NCBI GenBank assembly: GCA_002429485.1
Contig: DIZX01000015.1
Coordinates: 256,197 to 320,196 of the forward strand
DNA length: 64,000 nt
Source of the DNA: Patescibacteria group bacterium UBA6017
Lineage (GTDB): Bacteria > Patescibacteriota > Saccharimonadia > UBA4664
Direction: 5' to 3'
A program made the position numbers and the translations under genes. Numbering within the stretch: the stretch's first letter is position 1; every line of letters begins with the position of its first letter. The notes below the pieces were generated by a model. That model saw only the letters and a program-made list of their open reading frames with translations, was not told where the DNA came from and made no database searches. Positions 40,184 through 49,304 of the stretch are shown here, piece by piece.

Positions 40184-41482
40184 ATGCAGTTCTCGGACTT
40201 CGGCCAAAAATTTACCGCCCACTCAGGAATATTGGAGCTCATGGATGATCTGGGCCAAGCCTTGGCTACGGGCGATCAGGTGGCGATGTTTGGCGGCGGC
40301 AATCCGGCCGCCATTCCCGGCGTGCAGCGGACGATCGAAGACCACCTCACGACCCTTATGAAGCGCCCTGGCGGCGTCAATGGCTACCTGGGCAACTATG
40401 ATGTTCCCCGAGGCAACCCGGTCTTCATCGATACCGTCGTCGATTACCTCAACCGCACCATGGACTGGCAAATCACTCCGGCCCACATCGCCATTACACC
40501 TGGCAGCCAAACCGGCTTTTTCATGCTCTTTAATCTGTTGGCGGGGGACACCCAAGGCACCAAGCGCACTATCCTATTCCCGTTGGTCCCCGAGTACATT
40601 GGCTACGCCGATCAGGGCATTCAGGAGGGGATGTTTGAGGCCAACCGCCCCCGCATCGAAACCCGTGGCGAGCATACCTTCAAGTACGGCATCGACTTTG
40701 ATAACCTCAAGATCGAGCCCCATCACGCCGCCATCTGCATCTCCCGCCCCACCAACCCAAGCGGCAACGTGGTCACCGATGAAGAATTGGCGCGCCTCAG
40801 TGACCTCGCCAAGCAACACGACATCCCGTTAATTATCGATAATGCCTACGGCCTGCCTTTCCCCGGCGTCATAACCAATTCCGCCCACCTGCCAAAGTGG
40901 GACGAGCAGATGGTCTACTCCTTTAGCTTGTCGAAGGTCGGCTTGCCCAGCTCGCGTGTGGGTATCTTCGTGGCCAGGCCCGAGATCGCGGCCGCTATCA
41001 GCAAAGCCAACGCCATCCTCAGTCTCGCCAGCCCCACCCTGGGCCAGGCGCTCGGCACCTCATTGATTCAGGATGGCTCCTTGCAGCGCATTTGCCGCAA
41101 TCACATCCACCCGTACTACCGGGGCGCCGAACATTACGCCCAAACCGTGCTGGCCGAAAAATTGGCCGGCTTACCGTACCGCCTGCACGAGTATGAGGGC
41201 GCCTACTTCTTGTGGCTGTGGTTGCCGGAACTGCCGATCACCAGCAAGGAATTATATGGCCGGCTCAAAACCCGCGGGGTCATCGTGGTGCCGGGCGAGT
41301 ATTTCTTCCCCGGCCTAAACGATCCCAAGTGGGCCCATCAGCGCCAATGCCTCCGCCTCAACTTTGCCCGCCCAAAAGCCGAAGTCGACGCCGGCTTCAC
41401 CATCCTGGCCGAAGAAGTCCAGCGGGCCTATACGCAATCGTCAAAGTTATTAAATATTAATAAAAAAGCATTGATAAGTTAA
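40184..41482 (+). CDS. avtA: Valine--pyruvate aminotransferase-like class I/II PLP aminotransferase.
   Basis: MQFSDFGQKFTAHSGILELMDDLGQALATGDQVAMFGGGNPAAIPGV closely resembles the E. coli AvtA N-terminus. AAGGAAG lies before the ATG. Confidence 0.8.
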   Translation: MQFSDFGQKFTAHSGILELMDDLGQALATGDQVAMFGGGNPAAIPGVQRTIEDHLTTLMKRPGGVNGYLGNYDVPRGNPVFIDTVVDYLNRTMDWQITPAHIAITPGSQTGFFMLFNLLAGDTQGTKRTILFPLVPEYIGYADQGIQEGMFEANRPRIETRGEHTFKYGIDFDNLKIEPHHAAICISRPTNPSGNVVTDEELARLSDLAKQHDIPLIIDNAYGLPFPGVITNSAHLPKWDEQMVYSFSLSKVGLPSSRVGIFVARPEIAAAISKANAILSLASPTLGQALGTSLIQDGSLQRICRNHIHPYYRGAEHYAQTVLAEKLAGLPYRLHEYEGAYFLWLWLPELPITSKELYGRLKTRGVIVVPGEYFFPGLNDPKWAHQRQCLRLNFARPKAEVDAGFTILAEEVQRAYTQSSKLLNINKKALIS

Positions 41483-41522
41483 TAATAAGTTGATATACTG
41501 GAGACATAAATCGGAGCTCCCC

Positions 41523-41738
41523 ATGAGTGTCGTCAGTTTCTCGGTCGATAAACAAACCGAGATAGAAATCAACCAAATTGCGCTCGATGAACGCCGTTCC
41601 AAGAGTGATATTTTTCGCGATATGTACAAGTCTTACAAGTTCAACCGCACCCTATCCAAGGTCCAAAGCGTCGGCCGCGAGAGATTCTTGGCCTTGGGCA
41701 TCGAGTCAATCGATCAAGCCGAGGAATTCTTAGGCTGA
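41523..41738 (+). CDS. Putative ribbon-helix-helix antitoxin (CopG/Arc-like).
   Basis: ORF 41490..41738. The likely start is MSVVSFSVDKQTEIEINQIALDERRSKSDIF. It lies directly upstream of a PIN gene with an 8-nt gap. Confidence 0.5.
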   Translation: MSVVSFSVDKQTEIEINQIALDERRSKSDIFRDMYKSYKFNRTLSKVQSVGRERFLALGIESIDQAEEFLG

Positions 41739-41745
41739 GCCGGCT

Positions 41746-42192
41746 ATGAAACCCCTGAAGGTCGTATTTGATACCAATATCTATGTCATGGCCGCCGGCA
41801 TGCCCGGTGGTTACATTGAATATTGGATGGAACTGGTCCGACCACCCCAACTGAAATTCGAGCTGTATACCTCTCCCGCCATTTTGGCCGAGGTTCAAGA
41901 AAAATTAGAGCAAAAGCTGCAGTTTGAGCGGGCGCTGGCGGTGGACTATATTGAATCCCTTAAAACTATTGCCCGTGTGGTCAGTCCGACCATGGCATTA
42001 AACGCCGTCCCGGACGGCCCCGACGACAACCGTATCCTCGAGTGCTCACTTGAGGCTCGGGCCGACATTATTGTCTCGGCTGATAAGGATTTATTGCGCC
42101 TCAAAACCTTTGAGAGTGCGCAGATCACCCACCCGTCCAACCTTAAGTACATTTTCAAATATTTAGAGACCGAAACTAATCCCCAGACATGA
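41746..42192 (+). CDS. PIN-domain protein (putative toxin/RNase).
   Basis: KVVFDTNIYV is the PIN N-terminal acidic motif. The length is 148 aa. Confidence 0.7.
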   Translation: MKPLKVVFDTNIYVMAAGMPGGYIEYWMELVRPPQLKFELYTSPAILAEVQEKLEQKLQFERALAVDYIESLKTIARVVSPTMALNAVPDGPDDNRILECSLEARADIIVSADKDLLRLKTFESAQITHPSNLKYIFKYLETETNPQT

Positions 42193-42250
42193 CAAACCCC
42201 CGATAAAGGGCCTCGGGGGCTCGTCATCGGGGGTAGTGCGGCGGTATCGC

Positions 42251-42625
42251 CTAGTCGTCCAAGGACATCGCTCCGATAAACTGAACGGCGCTCCTGAACG
42301 CTCTCAGGGTCATCGTGACAGTTCCGTCATCACGTAGAGTGATGTCCTGGTAGGCATTTGGAATGCGCCTGTAGCAGGCGAGGAATTCCTCCGCCATCTT
42401 CTGGCTCACGTGTGGAGTGCGAGACCAGCGCATGCCGAAACCTTTGTGGTCGCCCTCGTGACCCAGCGGTTCTAGGCAGTAGGGTCCTCTAATGACTCCC
42501 GGGTGCCACATCCGCCAGCACTCATTCTTGCCGGCCCGGTCGTAGTCCTTCGAATGGGTTGTGTAGCGCTGCTCCCAATCCTCGTCGGTAACGCGCAAGG
42601 GTGCTTCTGGTGATGCAGTTGTCAT
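42251..42625 (-). CDS. Hypothetical protein (125 aa).
   Basis: ORF 42251..42793. The likely start is MTTASPEAPL at 42625, with GAGGGG 8 nt upstream and 17 nt after the stop of the upstream gene. No motif was recognised. Confidence 0.45.
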   Translation of the reverse strand: MTTASPEAPLRVTDEDWEQRYTTHSKDYDRAGKNECWRMWHPGVIRGPYCLEPLGHEGDHKGFGMRWSRTPHVSQKMAEEFLACYRRIPNAYQDITLRDDGTVTMTLRAFRSAVQFIGAMSLDD

Positions 42626-42642
42626 GGCGTGCCCCTCGTCTA

Positions 42643-43008
42643 TCAGTGAAGTTGAAGGTGTACGTTTCCTGTAGGGGCATCGGATGGAGCGACTTTGCTG
42701 AGAGCCAAGCGCACCAATCCAGCCTCGGCGGTTGATAGATGCCTTAGCCCGCGTCGCAGTTGGATGGAATCGATGATTGATCCATCCTGGCAATCAGTCC
42801 GGATATCCCAGTCCGAGTACTGGCTGATGGGTCTCCATTCCCTAGTCACGCGTTGGATCGCCCAACCGCCACTGTAGTGGAAAAGAACGCACGACTGGTT
42901 GTGTCGGCTTACTTCGATGCCTGTTACTGTCTTAACAGGTGTCTCAGTGAGCCTGTATCCATCAACCCGGTGGAGCTTTTCCAGCTCTGCTCGATGGTCG
43001 TTGGACAT
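42643..43008 (-). CDS. Hypothetical protein (121 aa).
   Basis: The ATG at 43008 has GGAG upstream. It forms a two-gene unit with 42251..42625. Confidence 0.45.
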   Translation of the reverse strand: MSNDHRAELEKLHRVDGYRLTETPVKTVTGIEVSRHNQSCVLFHYSGGWAIQRVTREWRPISQYSDWDIRTDCQDGSIIDSIQLRRGLRHLSTAEAGLVRLALSKVAPSDAPTGNVHLQLH

Positions 43009-43155
43009 AATAGGTACTCCATTCGGTCGGGGACGTGAGGAGCATCGACTATATCACTACAATACAAATAATTCTATTAGAAAAGGATATTCAGCTCATG
43101 ATTAGCGCGATCTATTCCGAGCTGGTCGGCCAAATTGTAGTTATATTGGTGGTAT

Positions 43156-44361
43156 CTAGGAGTAATCTTTTATCAGTCTCGCATAGTAATGCGCGCTCGG
43201 CCGAATCCGCCGGTTCATGGTTCTACGGTCCACCTCAATCAGCCCGAATTTTGGCCAGTAGCCCTCGTGCCATTCGAAGTTGTCGAGCAGACTCCAATAA
43301 AAATACCCGCGGCAATCTACACCTTCGCTCGTGGCTTTGGCGATGCTCTTGAGAGATTCCTCGATATACCAGCCCCGGTGTATGTCCGCCGCGTCAGCCA
43401 GGCCACTCTCTGTGATATACATCGGTTTGAGGTAGCGCGCGAGCCGGGCGAGTACTTCGTAGTGGCCCTCCGGGTGTAACTCCCAGCCCATGTCGCTTTT
43501 TTGCGCTAGCTTTCGGCGACCAAAACTGCGCTTGAGGTAAAACTGTACCCCCAGCCAATCAGAGTGCGGGGCCAACCGTTTCACGAAATAGTCGTTCGCC
43601 ACCTGCAACAATTGGTGCGTGGCTTCGAACAGTGTTTGGCTGGTACAAAAACCGACCTGAAACTCTGGATTCACCGTCTTGAGGGCTTCATAGGCCCGAA
43701 TATGAGCCTGCACCATACTGCGCCTCACCCGGGAATAACGGGTTGGACTATGCCGCTGCGGCGGCCAGATTCCTCGCACGTAGGCCATTGCCGAGGAGAC
43801 CTCGGGCTCATTGAGAGTCGTAAAGTGTGCTACATAAGGCTTCATAGCCGCGCCCATAGTGCGGGCATAATCCGCGAACCGCCGCACGACGGTCTCAGAC
43901 TCCCATCCACCCTGGGCCGCCGCCCACACCGGCAGCGTGAAGTGCCATAGCGTCACAAAGGGCTCCTGGCCATGATCCCGGCAGGCTTTGGCGACGTCGA
44001 CATAGTGGGCGATGGCCGCCTGGTCGTAAGTTCCTTCTTGGGGTTCAATCCGTGACCACTCCACCGAAAATCGGAAAGCCGTTAGACCCAGTGCTTGGGC
44101 CGTAGCCAGATCTTGAGCGTACCGAGTGTAATGCCCCGCCGCATCACCAGAGATATAGTTGGATTCAGATTTGGCCGCGGTTTTAATGTCGGGCCATACT
44201 GGTGACGGCCCTTGGCCATAACTTGTCCGATACGTGGCATTGGCCGCCAGTCCTGGGGCCGATTTCCGCTCCCACTCTGTCCAGTCATTGTGGTTGCCGC
44301 CCTCTACCTGGTGGGCCGCCGTCGCGCTTCCGAACAGAAAATTTGCGGGAAGCTTGTGCAT
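43156..44361 (-). CDS. GH1-family beta-glucosidase.
   Basis: FLFGSATAAHQVEGG, the acid/base TLNEP and the nucleophile YITESG motifs are present. Confidence 0.9.
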   Translation of the reverse strand: MHKLPANFLFGSATAAHQVEGGNHNDWTEWERKSAPGLAANATYRTSYGQGPSPVWPDIKTAAKSESNYISGDAAGHYTRYAQDLATAQALGLTAFRFSVEWSRIEPQEGTYDQAAIAHYVDVAKACRDHGQEPFVTLWHFTLPVWAAAQGGWESETVVRRFADYARTMGAAMKPYVAHFTTLNEPEVSSAMAYVRGIWPPQRHSPTRYSRVRRSMVQAHIRAYEALKTVNPEFQVGFCTSQTLFEATHQLLQVANDYFVKRLAPHSDWLGVQFYLKRSFGRRKLAQKSDMGWELHPEGHYEVLARLARYLKPMYITESGLADAADIHRGWYIEESLKSIAKATSEGVDCRGYFYWSLLDNFEWHEGYWPKFGLIEVDRRTMNRRIRPSAHYYARLIKDYS

Positions 44362-44369
44362 GGCCGGTG

Positions 44370-46178
44370 CTAATCCTCGCTCGCCGGCCGAATGTGCGTC
44401 ACATGCGCCGGGCTGAGGCGGAACAGCCCCTCGTCCAAACGAACCTGGTCGAAGTAGTGGGCCATAAAGCCGACCGATCGCGACAAAATAAATAGCGAGT
44501 TGAAGAATTCGGTGGCCGCCAGCGCTTCAAGTTGCTCGATCGAATAGCCTTCTTTTTCGGCCAACAAGTCCAGTAAGATGGCCGCCATGGCGCCATCCAC
44601 GTTCAGGATCAGATTACCCTTTTTGCGGGTAGTTTCGGCTTCCACACCCAGTGCAAATTTGGTGAACTTAGCCTGTTCCAGGCCGTCAACGAAGGTCAGT
44701 AATTTGGCCACGCGGGGGTCGGGGGAGTCGATACGGTATTTCTTGTGCCCTATGCCCAGAATGTAGCGCTTGTCGGCCGCGTAGGCCTCCACCAGCGCCG
44801 TGGGGGATACGCCAGTACTCACGCCTTCGAGCCAGGTCAGTGCGGCTTGGTTGACCGCTCCGCCGAAACGCGGGCCGATCGTGAGCAGTCCCGCCGCCAA
44901 AGAGCTCACCAGATCGCGCCCGGCCCTCGCCGTCACGATGGTATTGACCGCCCCCGACACGTACGGACCGTGATCGACTAGCAGTTTGAGTACATAATCC
45001 ACGAAGGCTTCGAGCTCGGCCGAGTGCACTTGCTTGCCCAAAAACATCGAGATTACAATTTTAGCGAAGGAATTATTGTCGGCCAAATCGAGTAGACTTT
45101 GATCCAGCACCTGGACCTCGCCGTCACCCATATCGTGCGAGATGGAGCTGGCTATTAGGCCGGCCTTGCGAGCCGACATGGCTTTGATCACCGGCGCCAG
45201 GTCGGCGGCCTCGACCGCTCCCGGCAATTCGGCCACGTACTGCGCAAACTCAGCAAAGGTGGTCGCACTCTTGGCGCCCGCCGCGCGCAAGGCGTCGCTC
45301 TTGGCCCGCGCCGATTCATCCACACTGGCTGCCATGGCCTTAGCATGGCCAAACTGCGGCGGCGTCTCAAACAGCTCGGCCACCGTGCCGGCGATGTAGG
45401 CCACCACCGGCTTGGTTACTGCGCCGCTGGAGATCATCTCCGCCAGCTCGTATTCATCGCGCCCGCCCAGCTCGCCGAAGTACACAATTGAAGTAGTTGC
45501 TGGGTCGGCCTCTGCCGCCGCAAACACCTCCTGCGGCGAGCTCATCGGAAACCGTTCGCCGCCCAACGCCAGCGAAAAGCTCAACGCGTGGCCGGTGGTG
45601 GCCACCAGCCGAATAATCTCACTCACCATGCCGCCGCTCGAGCTCACCACTGCTACCGAGCCGGACGTAAATAGCTTCGAATTCACCAGCTGTGGCGCCT
45701 GCACTCCGCCGATCGGACCGAGCTTCACCACGCCCGGTACTACTATGCCTACGCTGGCCCCGCCCGCTAGCCACACTCCTGCCGCGTTGGCCGTTTCGGC
45801 CAGCTCCAGCGCGTGCTTTTCGGGTAACCCTTCCGCGAACACCACCCCGCCCACCAGGGCTGGCAGTGCCTCGATGGCCTGCTTCGACGACGCCAATACT
45901 CGCCGCCCCGACGATAAGTTCAAAAATAAGTTCACCTGCTCGCTCAAGCTCGTTGGCAGCCGTCCCACGGCCGAATACACCGGTATCGTCACTTCATTTT
46001 CGCCAAAGAAGTAGCGCTCGCTTTTGCGCCCCGTAGCCACTATCGCCACTACCGACGGCGCGGTGCGACCCGCCAAAAAGTCGAAATCCAGTATCGATTG
46101 AATAATACCTTTGGAGCTTCCCAGAGCCACAATCTTGGGATCAAGCGCCCGCAGAGCTGAAATATTTAGTGTACTCAC
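44370..46178 (-). CDS. aclA: ATP-citrate lyase alpha subunit (CoA-binding/phosphohistidine domain plus citryl-CoA lyase domain).
   Basis: PPQFGHAKAM matches the ACLY catalytic His loop (QFGHAGA). GIGHKKYRIDSPDPRV matches the ACLY/citrate-synthase-like GIGHRVKSINNPDMRV. The length is 602 aa. Confidence 0.8.
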   Translation of the reverse strand: MSTLNISALRALDPKIVALGSSKGIIQSILDFDFLAGRTAPSVVAIVATGRKSERYFFGENEVTIPVYSAVGRLPTSLSEQVNLFLNLSSGRRVLASSKQAIEALPALVGGVVFAEGLPEKHALELAETANAAGVWLAGGASVGIVVPGVVKLGPIGGVQAPQLVNSKLFTSGSVAVVSSSGGMVSEIIRLVATTGHALSFSLALGGERFPMSSPQEVFAAAEADPATTSIVYFGELGGRDEYELAEMISSGAVTKPVVAYIAGTVAELFETPPQFGHAKAMAASVDESARAKSDALRAAGAKSATTFAEFAQYVAELPGAVEAADLAPVIKAMSARKAGLIASSISHDMGDGEVQVLDQSLLDLADNNSFAKIVISMFLGKQVHSAELEAFVDYVLKLLVDHGPYVSGAVNTIVTARAGRDLVSSLAAGLLTIGPRFGGAVNQAALTWLEGVSTGVSPTALVEAYAADKRYILGIGHKKYRIDSPDPRVAKLLTFVDGLEQAKFTKFALGVEAETTRKKGNLILNVDGAMAAILLDLLAEKEGYSIEQLEALAATEFFNSLFILSRSVGFMAHYFDQVRLDEGLFRLSPAHVTHIRPASED

Positions 46179-47365
46179 GCTGTTACCTCCAGCTCTTTTA
46201 TCGCCAACGGAATAATCGCCGCCAGCATCATTTCCGGCCCCGCTACCTCCCCCAGCAATCCTTCTCGCTCCAGGAAGCTGCGCATCATTGCCAGCCCCTC
46301 AACTTCGAACGGACCGCCCCGACGCACAAATACCTTGATACCTTGCTCGCGCATGGCCGCTTTGGCCTCGTCCAGCGCCGCAAGCACACCCTTGAACGTC
46401 GCCCGCACGTCGGTGAAGTTGGCTACTCCGCCGGCAATCACCAGCACCTTGCGCGGCGCCTTAGATTCGAGCATCAGCGAAATAATCTGCCGTGTGTAAA
46501 TTTGGGTTTCCTCGGCATTAGGGTTGCCGCTGTACTCACCGTAATTACCCAGTTCTTTGCCGCGCCCCTGATTAAACACCTCGTCCGCCAGCGCCACGCT
46601 CGCCCCGCCGCCGCTCAGTAGCAAGAAAATATTGCCCTGCGGGTTCAGTACCGCCAGCCGAAATGACGCCTGGCTTTGAGACGCCAGCTCTTCCACGGCC
46701 GCCGCCTGAGGCAGCGGAGCTGATGCCGTATAATCGCGAAAATCTTCCGGCGTCCAGCGTCCGTCCACAAAGAAGGCCGCCTCGGTATCTACCTCCACCG
46801 CCGCATCGAGTAGGCCCACTTTGCCGTCCATCACTACCAACGGGTTCACTTCCAAAAATGACCAGTAGTTATCATTAAAGGTCTTGGCGAGGAGCTGAAG
46901 TGTGTCCGTTGATACTCCCAGCGCCTCAGCCGCCCGTCCGGCTACCTCGGTCGTAAATACCGCCTGGCGAATTCCGTCCGCCGCATCTTCCACATTTACC
47001 CCGCCGGCCGCCGACCAGCTAATAATCGTGCCCGCCCGTTGGCGTTCGAACGCCAAATACCGTTCGGAATCTGCTGCGTGGTCCATCTGCGGCTCCACTA
47101 ACATAAATTCAAAACCCTTCGCCGCCAGCTCGGCGATATCGCCGCTCACTTCGGCTTTGGTGCGGCCCAGCTTCACCAGCCCCTTTTTGAAGCGCCCCTT
47201 CACTCCTTGATCCACTTTCACCACGTAGCTGCCGCCAGCCGCCAGCGAGTCCACCGTGGACTGCCAGTTGGCCTTCAGATCTATACTCACACCGCTATAA
47301 GCCGTGCCTAGTTCTTTAGCGAGGATTGTTTTGGCTCTGAATTCGGAAATTTTCTTGCGCGGCAT
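46175..47365 (-). CDS. aclB: ATP-citrate lyase beta subunit (ATP-grasp).
   Basis: ORF 46175..47449. The likely start is MPRKKISEFRAKTILAKEL at 47365, which parallels the ACLY N-terminus (KAISEQTGKELLYKF ... VVKPDQLIKRRGKLGL). A TATAAT lies ~26 nt upstream. Confidence 0.75.
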   Translation of the reverse strand: MPRKKISEFRAKTILAKELGTAYSGVSIDLKANWQSTVDSLAAGGSYVVKVDQGVKGRFKKGLVKLGRTKAEVSGDIAELAAKGFEFMLVEPQMDHAADSERYLAFERQRAGTIISWSAAGGVNVEDAADGIRQAVFTTEVAGRAAEALGVSTDTLQLLAKTFNDNYWSFLEVNPLVVMDGKVGLLDAAVEVDTEAAFFVDGRWTPEDFRDYTASAPLPQAAAVEELASQSQASFRLAVLNPQGNIFLLLSGGGASVALADEVFNQGRGKELGNYGEYSGNPNAEETQIYTRQIISLMLESKAPRKVLVIAGGVANFTDVRATFKGVLAALDEAKAAMREQGIKVFVRRGGPFEVEGLAMMRSFLEREGLLGEVAGPEMMLAAIIPLAIKELEVTA

Positions 47366-47433
47366 GGATTCTTCTCTACTTACGACAGGTATTATACCGT
47401 GATGGGTACTTAAATGTGCCATAATACTTACAT

Positions 47434-49227
47434 ATGGTGAAACCTTCAAGCGACTTCCTCGAAGACGAGGACACTGGGCAATCCGAACTCAGCTCGCAGT
47501 GGCAGCGTGCTCCGCTGTGGCTTCGTGGGGTCGGCTTAATCTTTGTTGGCGGGTTCTTGTTGGTGGGTAGCTTTGAGCTGGTCTACGCCGGTAAGATCTA
47601 TCCGGGCATTTCCGCCGATGGCGTTTCGCTGGCTGGTGCCACCCGGGCTTCCGCTGCCAAACAGCTCAATTCCAAAATTGATACCTTTTCCGGCGGCGTT
47701 GTCACCATCTCGAATGGCGACACCAATCTCCGCATCCCCGTGGCCGGTCTCGACGTGTCCTATGACACCAACAAAGCCGTCGATCTGGCCTACCAATACG
47801 GGCGCGAGGGGAGTTGGACCAACCGGCTTCATCAGCAATTACGCGCCCTTCTGGGCCGGGCAACCAACTTTTCGGCCTACGGCTATTCCGATACCCGTTT
47901 GGCCCCCTACGTGGTTCAGCTTGGCGATGATTTATCCACGCCGGTAGCCGACGCCAGCCTAAACTTTGACTCCGACAAGCCCCAGGTCACCCCGGCGCAG
48001 TCCGGCACCCGCCTCGATTATGGCCGCCTCACTCAGCTCGTTGGCGACCGGCTGTCCCAAACCTCTATCGACCCGATCCCCGCGCCCGTCTACCAGCTCT
48101 CGCCGGTCCTCGGCACCGATGCTCTCACGGCCGTCACCAACCAACTCGGCAGCTACCTGGCCGGTCCCATCACCCTCAGCTACAGCGGCACCGAAACCAC
48201 CATCGATCAGAAGACTATCATTTCGTGGATCCAGGTCGGCGCCCGCCCCACGAAGTTATTCCTTAACTCTCACGACCTAGCCGATTTATACCCGCCGCCG
48301 GCCGCGGCCAATCTGGGCTTGAGCAAGCCCGCCGTCGCCAAGTACGTTACCGATCTGGCGGCTCAGCTCGACCAAACGCCCCAAAACTCCGGCTTGGCCA
48401 TGAAGGACGGCGTGCTGGCTATCGTGCAGGCCAGCCGCACCGGCATCAAGCTCGATCAAGCCGACACTACCAGTGCCATCATCGGCAGCCTGGGTCGCAC
48501 CTCCGGCGACCGCCTCATCACTCTCAAGCTCGAGACCACCCAAGCCGCCGTCAACGAGTCTAATCTCGACTCGCTCGGCATCAAGGAGCAAATCTCGGAG
48601 GGCGAAACCTACTTCCCCGGCTCACCCAGCACCCGCCTCACCAACGTCCGCGCCGGCGCCAAGCGCTTCAATGGCGTCTTGCTGGCTCCCGGCGAAACCT
48701 TTTCCTTCGGCAAGCTCCTCGGCGCCGTCGACGCTTCCACCGGTTACGTCCCCGAACTCGTCATCCTCGGTGACCATGAGGAAAAGCAGTATGGCGGGGG
48801 ACTCTGCCAGGTATCGTCCACCGCTTTCCGCGCTGCTTTGGCTGCGGGCCTGCCCATTACCGAGCGCGTCAATCACGCTTTCGCCATTAGTTATTACACC
48901 TGGCCCTACACCGTCCCCGGTATGGACGCCACGATTTATTACCCCGCCGTTGATCTCAAATTCACCAACGATACCGGCAGTTACATCCTTATGCAGACCA
49001 TTATGAATGGTGTCGATCTCAAGTTTGACTTCTTTGGTACCAAAACTAAGACCGGCGTCATTCGCGGCCCCAACTTCGTCACTGGTACGAACGACGCCAC
49101 CCAACCTTCGCACACCGTCTTCTACCGTGACGTGCTCGACCTCGCAGGCAACGTCACCAAGACCGACACCTTCAATACCTACTACAAGTCGAGCAAGGAC
49201 TTCCCGGTTACCAAACAGTTCAACTAA
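47434..49227 (+). CDS. VanW-domain protein with an N-terminal membrane anchor.
   Basis: GGGLCQVSSTAFRAALAAGLPITERVNHAF...YPAVDLKF is VanW-like. A TM segment is present near the N-terminus. Confidence 0.8.
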   Translation: MVKPSSDFLEDEDTGQSELSSQWQRAPLWLRGVGLIFVGGFLLVGSFELVYAGKIYPGISADGVSLAGATRASAAKQLNSKIDTFSGGVVTISNGDTNLRIPVAGLDVSYDTNKAVDLAYQYGREGSWTNRLHQQLRALLGRATNFSAYGYSDTRLAPYVVQLGDDLSTPVADASLNFDSDKPQVTPAQSGTRLDYGRLTQLVGDRLSQTSIDPIPAPVYQLSPVLGTDALTAVTNQLGSYLAGPITLSYSGTETTIDQKTIISWIQVGARPTKLFLNSHDLADLYPPPAAANLGLSKPAVAKYVTDLAAQLDQTPQNSGLAMKDGVLAIVQASRTGIKLDQADTTSAIIGSLGRTSGDRLITLKLETTQAAVNESNLDSLGIKEQISEGETYFPGSPSTRLTNVRAGAKRFNGVLLAPGETFSFGKLLGAVDASTGYVPELVILGDHEEKQYGGGLCQVSSTAFRAALAAGLPITERVNHAFAISYYTWPYTVPGMDATIYYPAVDLKFTNDTGSYILMQTIMNGVDLKFDFFGTKTKTGVIRGPNFVTGTNDATQPSHTVFYRDVLDLAGNVTKTDTFNTYYKSSKDFPVTKQFN

Positions 49228-49245
49228 ATCCCTCTAGCAAAACGC

Positions 49246-49274
49246 TTGACACTACGGCTTTTGTTCGGTAAACT
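49246..49274 (+). promoter_or_regulatory. Candidate lexA promoter TTGACA-N17-TAAACT, with a GTTCGGTAAAC element overlapping the -10 as a possible operator.
   Basis: Hexamer matches only. The operator assignment is speculative. Confidence 0.3.
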
Positions 49275-49304
49275 TTAATCAAGTTAAGCCTGGGAGGGTA
49301 ACCG

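Noticed and set aside
45412-46036. Plus-strand ORFs antisense to aclA, and 46169..46621 / 46902..47210 antisense to aclB.
   Set aside because: They lie opposite a high-confidence ACL gene pair and have low-complexity composition.
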